A DNA stretch of 64,000 bases from Botryllus schlosseri (lineage: Eukaryota): positions 11,718,001 through 11,782,000 of the forward strand of contig CM119384.1 in the NCBI GenBank assembly GCA_051294905.1, read 5' to 3'. Made by a program: the position numbers and the translations under genes. How positions within the stretch are numbered: position 1 is the first letter of the stretch; each line of letters opens with the position of its first letter. The notes under the pieces were generated by a model, which saw nothing but the letters and a program-made list of their open reading frames with translations, made no database searches and was not told the origin of the DNA. This document shows positions 1 through 11,153 of this stretch, one piece after another.

Positions 1-1545
1 ATTTTTACAAGTGATACAAGAAACGACATGAAAACAATACGCATATATTGTTAGTATGTGATAGAATTCATCAATCCATAATCAGGTTGAACATCTCTAG
101 CAAAATGGCGAAACACATGTGTAATGCAATCATTAAAGAGCCGCAGATTGCCCATCCCTGATATACAGTAAGCCTGCGGGGATGTTCTGCCTCTTCAATT
201 AGGTATATCTCAAGAAATCAGTGACAGCACTGAACTCCACGCGGGCTATCTGCGGTGTAAAGTTCCCATATAGTCAATTTAACATGAATATTTGTCCTGG
301 CCAGCATGAGGACTCCCCGCTGGGATGCGGCCGTATGCTACGGAATCGATGAATTATGTGTTCAGGGGTGTACGAGTTAAACGTCAAAATGGTGTACCAC
401 GACGAAAAAAGTTGAAAAGCCCTGTTGTACACTATTATTCTTCAATCGTGCCAAGCCTGTATATTAACCTTATAACCATTGTATATTTGTGGTTGACGCA
501 ATGAGCAATTTAATGCTTACCTCCAATCAATCTTCATGGACAAAATCGGGCAGATGTGTACCATCTCGTTCAGTACAGTGCCATCGTCTTAAGGCAGAGC
601 AAGACTCGTTACTTTGTATGTAAAGTGTAGCGATGACCTCTCATGCATTGGTGGACGTTTTTGGGAAACGCATGCATTCGACCCATTTAATTTGTCTGCT
701 GTAGTTGAATGATCATAATCATATCGTCCTTTGTATTATATTTTGTGAATTTTCATAAATAAAACAGGAGACTTTACTTATAGAATAGGAAGGAGGCTTA
801 GGAAAGCAATTTATTTTCGTTTGCAACACCGATGTGTTTGAGCGGTGGAGAAGCCACGCAACCAACCAATCTGTACCAGCATTTTATCTCTCCACGTAAT
901 TCCAGTGAGTTGATCGCCTATCAGAACATGGGTTTGACCGGGCAATAAGCTTGACGCTGTACCATTGTATCTCGGAGGCTTAAGGAACTCATGTTTCGGT
1001 GGTAGTTTACAACGCACCGTCCATTAGTAATTTTTCAATAGTCAGAGAGAAATAATTTAATTTCTAACCGAACACAGAGTAAAGGTAAACATATGTACAT
1101 TGCACAGGTGTTGTAATTTTAAACCCAGTCCCGAACTACTTACTAAAGTTCGTGGTATTTTAATAATGGAACGGGCGATGTTACTGGAAGAAATCTACAA
1201 GTCTCTGAGTAGGCTACGTAGTGCAAATAGAGGAGAACTCTTCGAGAAGTCAAAAGTGAAGAAAAGGCCGGATTGTGCGGAAATCAAGAGCTGGCCATCA
1301 GAAGGTGGACAGTAGGGCTGTTCAAAAAATAACCTTTTTCCCGAATCTTGCAGGTTACTTGATTAAATCGTTAGGTTGCCTTAAAAAACGACGCACACCA
1401 AATTTGAGTTCATTCCAATCAATATTCGCGGATTTCGTAGAGTGTGAAAATTTTGAATTTGCCTAAAAATGCAAAAAAAATTTTTTTTCAAATTTTCCTT
1501 CCAACCTTATGAAATTGTTGCGCTGTCTTCAAAAACGATGGAAAA

Positions 1546-1698
1546 CAAATTTGACTCAATTCCAAGCTGCGAAAGCGGAGTTATTCAAGTTTTTTGATGA
1601 TAATTCTGGGATGATCCGCCAATCAAGGATAATCCCAGAATTATCAAAGAAAAACTGTAATAACTCCACTTCTACGGCTTCGAATTGAGTCAAATTTG
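1546..1698. repeat. Long imperfect palindrome (72-bp arms, 9-nt loop) followed by a (GGCA)n microsatellite; probably part of a non-autonomous DNA transposon
   Basis: Left arm caaatttgactcaattccaagc...ataattctgggatgatcc pairs with right arm ggataatcccagaattatc...gaattgagtcaaatttg; loop gccaatcaa; ggcagggcaggcaggcaggcaggc follows immediately. Confidence 0.8.
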
Positions 1699-1843
1699 GC
1701 AGGGCAGGCAGGCAGGCAGGCCGAAAAATTAGCTGTGGCCAACCGTGAGAAACCGCTATTTCATGGCCGGTGATTAGATATTTGTGGCCAGCCGCGGGAA
1801 AGCTGAGACCCCTATACTGCTTCAGATTGCGGGCAGGACACTG

Positions 1844-2113
1844 TCGTCTCTAAACTCCCATCTTAGCCTGATTGGGTGTTCCGAAACCCCTAATTGTGCC
1901 ACGTGCTATGTTGAAGAAACTGCGGAGCACGTTTTTATCGAGTGTGCGAAGTACGCCAACGAAAGGTGTCAGTTTAGAGCTGCCGTACTGGACTTGAGAA
2001 TACCCTTCGCCATTGCAAATATACTACTATACCGATTATATATTACCTCTGCCATGGAAAGTCATAGTGAAGACAAAGAAACAATAGAAAATGGTTTAGT
2101 TGATTTTATTTAA
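1844..2113 (+). mobile_element. 3' remnant of a non-LTR retrotransposon ORF2 (C-terminal CCHC zinc-binding motif)
   Basis: LNSHLSLIGCSETPNCATCYVEETAEHVFIECAKYANER fits the LNxHLxxIG...CxxC...ETxxH...CxxY...R C-terminus of LINE ORF2 proteins. No RT upstream; AT-rich tail runs to ~2285. Confidence 0.7.
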
Positions 2114-2289
2114 TTATCGCCATATCTATTCGATTAGCAATAATTGTTGTATGCGTCACTCAAATTGTTTTTAGATATATATTAATAGGCTAAAAATCTC
2201 GGGATCATCGAATCTAATGCAGCGGATAGTAGTTGGATCTAGATGTGTACTTTGAAAATATAACGGCGAATAGTTAATATAATATGGTA

Positions 2290-2295
2290 TTTATT
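2290..2295 (-). promoter_or_regulatory. Candidate polyadenylation signal of the vWA-TSP1-ShKT gene
   Basis: AATAAA on the minus strand 44 nt after the TGA stop. Confidence 0.55.
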
Positions 2296-2338
2296 AGCCT
2301 ATAACAAAGGTAAATTTGCAAGCGTCAGCCATATAGCT

Positions 2339-5300
2339 TCAACAACCTCCGCACGTTTTTCGGCATCCATCATTCTTGACCGTGTCGCATTTCGCATAGA
2401 ATACTTTGAGCAAAATACAGTCACTTCTCGTGTCTTCGCAAGGTACTGAAATACAGGACGGTTCCGAATATCATGAAATCGATTTCAAATTTGCATGGAG
2501 ATTCAACTATATTATTTAGCTACGATACCAACCGAATATTTTCAGTTTACATGTACTATACAAGCCTAGTTTTCCGTCATTAATTACCGTGGAAAATTGT
2601 TGACAGATAACAAATCATACTAAATATTATGGCGTGGATGATAAGGCATACTAAAGTCCGTATTAATAATATTTCCTGTATATTGAATTCAGAAATATAT
2701 TCGGCGTTTCCCGATACCATGGTCATTTACACCAGGCCGATAATATTTCATTTATGGTTCGATGCGCACCTGTCGATTTGTAGCACGAACCACGTCTAGG
2801 CTATTTAAGACACTGATTATACGGATCAGAGGCCGAGGAGACGTTATCACAATCAGAGTAGAATTATTGCTGCAGAACCCCTATGAAGCGGGACTATAGA
2901 TATGTATGAGAAACTTTCATTTTATAAAACTACAAGGTATCATATGAAAATACCAAGGGAAATTCTCAAATCATGCACGACAGTCTCCTATCGTTTAAAG
3001 AAGTCAGTCGACCGAGATCACTACACCAATCCTTGACGTTTGTATTGACTCCTCGTTGCAACGCTGGCTGCGTATTAGCGGTATGTTTGGCTGCTGAGCT
3101 TGACTTAATGACAGAAAGTGCGCTTTACTATCAGTCGGCCGATTAATCATTAGTCGAATTTAGGTGGAAATGGTATCGAATTAAAATAGATGCCGGAACA
3201 CTTTCAAAATTAGAAACAAAATTAAAAAAACTGACGTTATTTCATTTTAGGTAATACCTGGGCATGTTGGTTGAATGCATTCCGTGGTTGGAGACCCCGA
3301 TCCACATTTTTCGGAGGCGACTTCCACACCCTTGCGTAAGCATCTTCTTTCTTTAATTCCGATTCCGCAAGTCACAGAGCATGTTGAGTAAGGGCTCCAT
3401 TCCGCAGTCGCTATAACAGTAATACACATGCGCCGTAGCTTATACAATATGCCCAATTATTCCCGATATGTAGATACTGAGACTATATTAATAATATTAT
3501 ATACTTTAAAATTGTTTTCTATGTAGTGTATGCTTGACCACAGCTAAGAGCCGCTGCGTCTAGCCTGACGCCAGTTTATTTCTCCATTGCCGAGATCGGG
3601 CCTAACCTATAGTCTTACCTAGAGTAATAGTAGTTTCCAAGACATCGAGCATTTCTTCAGGAGAAAGACTTGGGTCAATCAAATGAATACTGCCGTTCGT
3701 TTTTTCTGCCAGTTTGTAGAATATTGTTCGGTCATCATCTGAAAAATCGAATATTCTAGGGTTACCATACGTCCTCTTTTTTGACTTTTTTGAAAGTGTC
3801 CTCGGAGGACGCCCTTTTGTCCTCTTGTTTGAGATTTTGTCCTCTTTTTTTGAGATTTTGTCCTCTTTTTTTGAGATTTTGTCCTCTTATTTGAAAATTT
3901 AGGTCATATTTAGAGCAAAATGCGAGTGATATGCCGTAAATTAGCACAGAAGCGACGCTCCGGCGATTTTTTTTTTAGTCAACCACCTAGCAATGTGGAG
4001 AAAAAAACATTATTTTGAGCTCTGAGCGGTAAGTTTACCTTTTTTTTTAGTCAACCGATCACAAAGTGGGAAAAATTCACCGATTTTTGAGAATTCTGCT
4101 CCGGTTTTGCAAGTGTCAAATTTTTGAAAAAGTGTCCTCTTTTTAGATTTCCAAAATATGGTAAGCCTAGAATATTCACCATCACAGAATGTATATTGAA
4201 TTTTTATATGATACGGTGTACGTCGACGTCACGGGTGCAGCCACAAGTAAGTAAGAAAGTAAGTTTTCCCGATGCTATACGTTTGACGTAAAATATAATA
4301 TAGTGCGACGGGATATAATTTCTACTTGATCGCTTGTGGACCAGCGAAACACATGGAAACGAAATAATATCACTGTTTCAGCACATACACTCAGCGATAG
4401 TTCGGCCGATACAATATTTCTCACCGAATGACGCAGCGGTTAAGGATCGTTTCTTCCTCGAATCCTCAAATACATGGTCATGACAGTATTCCGGACTTGT
4501 TGCTTCGCAGATATCAGGGCATGCACCACAACACCCAGTAAGAATAGGCACGTATACGCATCCTATAAATAGATATACTCCCCGTTATTAATGATCAAAT
4601 GGGTGTGGGTGCGCCAATATACCGTGTAAGCTCATCATTGATTTCATTTACCTTTGCGATCGAGTAAAGTATATACTTCGAGAGCTTTGTCTGCATCTTT
4701 CGGTGTTGCATCGGATAGTAGGTAGATCTTACAGCCATCATGTTCATCAGGAACACCAGAGGCAAGTATCTACAAAAGTTGGCAATCGTGCAATCAATTC
4801 AGTGAGAGCGTTGACATGTTTTATATATCATTTGATATATTCGAAATCGAAAATACGAAGATAGCCATGTACGATGCAAAACAGAAAATTATCTTCATAT
4901 CTCTGGAGAAGATAAACGTACAGCGTGTATGTGCAACAGACTTCGTACATTTTGTATAATATCACCCATGCAGTATACTGTACATGTACAGTGTACTTGT
5001 ACACTGTCATATATGTCCAATATATGCTTGGCTCAGCCGTTACCATGTTACGCAAATCAAGCGAAACGAAAGACAGAAGGAGCAAGAGTGCAGATCTGCT
5101 GATGAACTAACCAACAGGGAAATTACTGTAAAGACTGAATAATACTTCGATAGCTGAGTTCCAGTATTACGCAAATGTCAAATGAGTGCACTTTAATGGG
5201 AAACTGATTGCAGACAACCCCAACTATCTCCATTTCAAAAGTCAACTCTTCCACTAAAAGGATAAATGTTCAGAGACATATATCTAATGACGTAGGTATA

Positions 5301-6764
5301 GTTTTAGATGTATAAATCTCGTCACCTGAATTTTTAAAAAGCAAGTCGTTCATTTTATCTACAACTCACTTCGATACCAGTCATTGCCATTTCTGGACAA
5401 TCGGCTCCACCACTTGCACTCAAGTTTCTGATGTAGCTAATTGTTTGTGCGGTGTCTTTCGTTGGGCCTGACAGAGCTCCAGTTCCTAGAATATATGAAT
5501 GAAATTGTTACATGATCTGTGTGAACAGTGTGAACACACACGCGACTCACAATCGGTATAACACATATAAATTCTATAGACTAGCCCAGGGGCGGGCAAC
5601 ATACGGCCCGCGAAGGGATTTTGTCCGGCCCGCGGACAGTTTTCCGTCTTATATAATAATGTGGCCCGCGACTACAGTCTGCCGAGATTCCCCACTACTT
5701 GCTTACTACGTCAAATTTTAGTGACTGTATGTTATTATGCGCACTGCGCAGAGTGCGAGAGTGGAGCTTACGCATAAGTTAGTCGAAGTGGCAAGACTTA
5801 CATTATCGGCATTGACGATGTACTCAACCCTAATATCGTTTGTGGTAATCATGGTGTTTGTCGACTACAATGGTCATTTACACCAGGCCGATATTTCTTA
5901 TTTTTGATTCCGTATCCGCCGACTTGTAGCACGGCACCCTTCTAGGCTTTTGTAAGACACCGCTTAGGCCAGGGGTCGCCAACTCAAAACGGGCCGCGGG
6001 CCACTTTTCAAATGTCGTAGAAGCCGCAGTCCGCATGAATTCAATATCGAGGTAAAACACCACACAGTTGAACAGCGACGCTATCTCGTCACCTACTCAG
6101 CCCTAATGAATTGATATCTTGGTAAATTTGGCGTACCCGGCTTATCGAACGCCTTAAAATACTATTTAGTAGGGATGGTGTGAACATAAGGTTCACGTAT
6201 TGGATCAACACTATGATTGCTGAGAGATTTACTAACGGGTTCATGCAAAACGGCTCTAGCATTTGGTTATGATATAATGGAGAAAATTTTGATTCTATTC
6301 GTCTGTACCAGGATCGTTATAGGAAACTGCCAGCCAGTACGTGTCATCGGTAGGATTGCAATTGTTGTTCTTTCCCGCAATGCAGTTTTCAATCCAGCTG
6401 CTAACTGCAGATATCTCATTGCTCATTGATCCGGTGTCGTCAACAACGAAGCCGATGTACTCGTTTCCAGAAACTAGAAGCAATTATTAGTTGTCAACAT
6501 CCGATTTCCAAAATATAATCATATCAAATATAATAATATCTCAATATCATAATTTTGATAAAATAAATCCGACATTTATATAAATGCATGTATATGTTTG
6601 TATGTGTGTGTGTGTGCGTGCTTGTGCCAGGTGTCGACGAAGATATATCCGAACGAACCTAATACTCGTTTGGAAAAAAGGCATCATGAAAACTGGTACT
6701 CACCGAGGCAGGAAGGGTTCTGTAGCCCGAGAATCATGAGCATTCCAATATGCACAACTTCCAT
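2339..6764 (-). CDS. Secreted vWA (VWA7/hemicentin-type)-TSP1-ShKT protein, 8 coding exons, 325 aa
   Basis: Exons (minus strand): 6764-6704, 6473-6309, 5485-5370, 4769-4652, 4562-4425, 3738-3619, 3410-3258, 2445-2339. All introns are GT-AG, phases are compatible, total 978 nt. Translation: MEVVHIGMLMILGLQNPSCLV (signal-like); FVVDDTGSM (MIDAS DxTxS), SYNDP, GGADCPEM, IYLLSDA, YKLAEKTNG (VWA7/hemicentin vWA motifs); WSPYSTCSVTCGIG (TSP1); CEDTRSDC...C...CRKTCGGC* (six-Cys ShKT). AATAAA on the minus strand at 2295-2290. Confidence 0.85.
2718..2812 (-). mobile_element. SINE family A 3' fragment
   Basis: atggtcatttacaccaggccgata...ttgtagcacg...tctaggct..taagacac is shared with the other copies. 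Confidence 0.65.
3757..4169. mobile_element. hAT-type MITE, TAGGGTTACCATA family, in intron 5 of the vWA gene
   Basis: TIRs tagggttaccata / tatggtaagccta (1 mismatch), perfect 8-bp TSD GAATATTC, internal ~21-bp tandem repeat (tttgagattttgtcctctttt). Confidence 0.9.
5587..5700. mobile_element. Left-end fragment of a Buster-like MITE (same family as 31560-32145)
   Basis: caggggcgggcaacatacggcccg...ggcccgcggacagttttcc resembles 31560-31640. Confidence 0.55.
5839..6094 (-). mobile_element. SINE family A copy, interrupted or deleted internally by a MITE end at 5970
   Basis: The reverse complement of 5839-5965 aligns with ~47347-47472; head ggtgacgagatagcgt at 6094-6079 matches 47209-47224. Confidence 0.7.
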
Positions 6765-9402
6765 GGCTAATTGCATGCTTATACGTAATTAGGTTACAAC
6801 AAGGTAATAGCGGAAGTATGAACACTGAACAGATATGGTCCCCAATAAATTCGTGCAATTGCAACATGTTAATTTAGCATCAAAGCTGCTCATGACCAAT
6901 TAGTAGGGATGCATATTGGGTAGAACATGAAATTACAGGCCTACCCTTTTGCCACAACGTACGTCTGCATCCCTTGCCCCCTTGCAAGAACCATTCAACA
7001 AGTTGAAAAGTAGAGACAGATAAGGATTATTAATTCTCGAGCCAGCCTTTTTCCGACCTGCGTACCGACATTTCGGATTTTTCTTTTGTTAAACGACTGA
7101 GCAGTATTTTTCATAAACCACTATGAGATAAGGATTGCACAAAGATTTATTCTGGACAAATTTGCTTTGAATGCTGTGCGAAATATATCATAACGCACTA
7201 TAGTAATGCAAAATACGCCCTGACTGTATTTCGGGGTTACCTTCCATTATTAAGCAGAACGATAATTTGAAAATCAGATCCGCGAGTTACCGGGATTCTG
7301 ATAAGATTGATTTTATGTGATCTATTTCAAGACTTTTTATACTTTTCCTCAATGAAGCCGAAGACGGCTTTGTTGTCCCTAAAGGCGTGGGGGAAAATTT
7401 TCATTTCGTCCTAATTCATTTTTTGAACGTAGGCTATGTTGGAATTTCACTGGGATTTACCCGGCGCGAAAAATAATATTTGCTATGAACGCTCCCTGCT
7501 GATATTCATACCATGCGTAGCCTTATACCTCATTTGACACAAGCTTATCTATGGGAATTACTTGATTGATGTCACCTGACCATTGAAATCCGACCAATTG
7601 AAGTCACTATGGATCGATGTGGTAATCACTCCGAACAGTGATATTTATGAATGTAAACATATACTAGAAATTAGCTTTGTAAAGATTCATCTCGTGCTCG
7701 AAATAACGATAGCACTAGCGCTCTTCATCACTATTGAAATTGCGTGATTGTGCAAATGCGCAGTTGTGCATACATTGCCGTTTTAAGTTTCCTTTGTGGA
7801 ACGGGGCTCTCCAAATAACCTTTCTCCGAATTTCACTGGCTTAGTCGTTGAATTGTGCGGTTTACTAAAGAATATACACTCCAAAGCGGAAGCGGTGCAG
7901 GAACAATTGATATTCAATTGTTGGGAAATTATAGTATGCACGGTGGTCAATTTCGTCACTTTGTTATGATCAAATATCATGTTCCGGTCTGAAAGGCATG
8001 TGGTGCTTTTTAAGCATTTGCATCTTTAGAACGGCCTGTCATAGCGTGTTGATAAGGATATTGCAAATTAGTGAAAAGATCTTGACGCTTATTTGCTGGA
8101 AATCAGTCGACTTCATAGAGATAGCCTTGTTAAAACAAATGTTGATATTCGCCATTGAAATATTTTCGACACTGAAATCTGCCACCATGAAGAAGAAACA
8201 TGCTGACAGATAACGTGATGGTCCATATCTGAAAGTATCATTATCACGCAAATGTATAGATTTCACGAAATCAAAACGAAGCATACTACTGTATTCTTCA
8301 CAATGCATTAACATATTTGCTTTTCTGGACTTCTATATTCCTATCGCAAGCGAATTACGACTTTTGACTTTCAGTGGAGTCACATTTTCCTCCAAACATT
8401 TATGTGCAGTGAACTCGGGTTCTTCAACGATAGGATATTCGAGGAATCTCATGTCATCCTTTGATTGAGTGATAATGAAAGTATTGCTGTGACAACAACA
8501 TCCTACAACGCCTAAATTGGGCGTCACGGATCTAGTTTCTTTGTGGGCCTTCATTTGCTTTCATTGGTACATGCCAGTGATTCCCAACCTAGGGTCTGAC
8601 CTCCGTGGGGTCTTTGACTATTATGTGCGGTCGCGGAGACGACAAGTAATTGCCAATTACACGGCCTTTGGGGAATGCAAACCTGTCAAACAAGTCGCCA
8701 CATCAGTTCATGCGTTATTTTAATGTCCCATCTACTTTAACGTAAAAATGGTGTCTGGGCACCACATTGAAGATTAACGGTCGGGTAGGCTAGGCCAACA
8801 TAGAAATCAATAGGACGGGAAATTTTCTTTCCAGGAAAGCTACACGTGAGCCGGTATCTGCTAACAGCATACATAAATTGCATATACACGCACACACTCG
8901 GCACGGCCAAATAACTTATTGATCGTTATTGGCATGTCGTGTGACACAGAATTTCCCGTAGCCCTTTCGGACTGCTTCGATTGGATACACAAAGAAATCG
9001 TCCCAAAATACCTATGTACGTTGACGATTTCATAATTGCGTTATTGATATTACTGCGAATAAAGTCGCTGGCTTCCCACATACACACACCAGATTTTAAT
9101 AATCAGAACTCCGAATTGAGTGTGGGGTGGCAGAACATTTTCAAATGCACAAAAAGATTGGGAACCACGTATGCGGTAGGTATGAATCTTGTATGTGCGC
9201 TGTACAGAGGCTACAGGCTAAATCAGTATATCGAAGCATCTGGTAATGCAAAAGTCAATATAAATGAAATAGATTTCAAAAAATTAACCAACTTTTTTCA
9301 TCCGCACATGCACAAGACATGCGATTTAATGAACAGGTAGAAAAATATTGGCCTGGTTTCATTTTGGAATATAAACAAATTTTAATGGGTGTTGTATATT
9401 TC

Positions 9403-10668
9403 CAGAGGTGTTCAAAGTAGTCAAGAAAGCTACTCGAGTAGAAGTAGAAGTAGCGACGAAAAAATCTACTCAAGTACGAGTACAAGTACTTCTCTCATAT
9501 ACCACCTAAAACTACTTGAAGTAGAAGTAGAATTGACTGACTTTAAATCTACTCAAGTAAGTAAGTAGTTTTGAAAACAGTCTTAATTCGTTCGCATGGA
9601 CTGTCAAAAGCTGCAAATTGAGCTATGCGAAAGGTGCGTAGAGCTTGTTTCGTATTGATGCATCCCAAAAGGGAGAAGTGTTCGACAGAATAAGCATTCT
9701 TTCGCATCATGGGATGCAAATTATAGTATTGATATGAAAATGCGATACTAACCCTTTGTTTTCTAAAAGATCCCGTTTTAGATATTATCATGGCATTGCG
9801 CCCTACCCCATATTATAAGACCCCAAGTTTAGGTGAATAGCAATACGGAAAAGTTGTATAGGATACGGTTTCAACACTTTGCGCGATTAGTATACGTTAA
9901 TAACAAATATTGTAGATCGTTAAAATTTATATTTAGTGTAGCTATATTTTCGGAAAATAGAGGCATTTCTACACTTGCTGTTATGCTTCCACGTGTATGT
10001 TCTGCAGACAAAAGAACTTAAAGTAATCAGAACTCAAGTATGATACTCGGAATTGAAAGTGGAATACAAATACCACTTCTAAAGAGCGGACAATCTATTT
10101 CATGTCTTTTGTCCATAAAGCTTCATAGGTGAACTGTTAAAACAGGTGTAACAGTAAAGAAAGCCGGATTTTCCAGATTACCATGACACATCAGGGGCTG
10201 CTAGATTACGATTTGATAAGTAATTGCTAGATTGCGAAACGGTACTTTCAAACGTTATGGTGCTGGGCCATATTCACTGTGATGAAATATTTGATATGGG
10301 CGACAATGCGCTGTGAGCGGAACCAGATAATCCGGTACCTAAATTATATTGACTGATGCTTTCGTGAAAACATATTTGTCACTACATAACAAAATTTCTG
10401 GGCTTTACTTGACTTTTATGAATATTAAACGTTGATATTCCGTGAAAACAACTCCGAAATTCCTCAGGCTATCTTTCGTATCGGGGGATTAAACTACTTC
10501 TCCTTGACGAACTGAAAATAGATAAGAGTAAGTAAGCAGATCGCAAAATATTACGAATTACAAGTAGAAGTAGGAAAAATCAGATGTACTTGAGTAAGTA
10601 CAAGCAGTAGAGGAAAACTACTTGAGTGCTTCCAAAAAGTAGAAATACTTCGTTACTGACCACCTCTG
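9403..10668. mobile_element. Non-autonomous hAT-type element with TACTCAAGTA/AGTAGA subterminal repeats
   Basis: Termini cagaggtg / cacctctg, perfect 8-bp TSD TATATTTC, clustered tactcaagta/gtagaagtag repeats at both ends, no transposase ORF. Confidence 0.85.
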
Positions 10669-11153
10669 TATATTTCTCTGTTGCCCCCCTACAGTTTTGG
10701 CGATGAAATTTCAACTTTGTTCAACTTAATACGGCAGTAGAACGGTTAGTCTTTAGCGTGGAGCATGGAAGCGCGCGTCAAAGATCGTTCATCATTCTTA
10801 CCTCACAATATGGGGTCAACAGCATTTCTAAAGATAATATTTTGGATCTCGACGGAAAAGGGTGGCCACGCGAAGATCTCGAAGCCTTATACAAGTGTCA
10901 CGACTTGATTGTAGCTTCGCCACCCATACATTGCACCACTTCTACCGTTATCTTAGAGTTGATGAGATTAGGGAAATGCCTACATTTGATAATAATTGAT
11001 TCGATATATATATTCGACTTGAAGTTTTCTTCACTGACGCAGTGAATCTTCTTAATTTCTTCAAGCCTAACGGCCTCTAGGTATATTTATTGTTGAATAT
11101 TTGTGAATGTCACATTCGGTGAGATTACTTTTATCAGCAAGTGCGGTATAGAC

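Noticed and set aside
138-160. gagccgcagattgcccatccctg, like a hAT MITE right end
   Set aside because: Left end and TSD are not in the window; too short to call as an element.
811-1017. 68-aa minus ORF, and a possible minus-strand exon at ~521-590 with a GTAAGC donor
   Set aside because: No recognisable motif, and no phase-compatible exon chain could be built within the window.
3762-3947. ORF with repeated GQNLKKR
   Set aside because: It is the translation of the 21-bp tandem repeat inside the MITE.
6945-7115. Signal-peptide-like reading (LIILICLYFSTC*MVLARG) upstream of the vWA gene
   Set aside because: It has an in-frame stop and the wrong phase. Exon 6764-6704 already supplies a signal peptide in phase 1, so this is at most a 5' UTR exon.
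7980-8560. Several 65-91 aa ORFs with hints of decayed coding sequence
   Set aside because: Multiple stops and no motif I can name; needs BLASTX.
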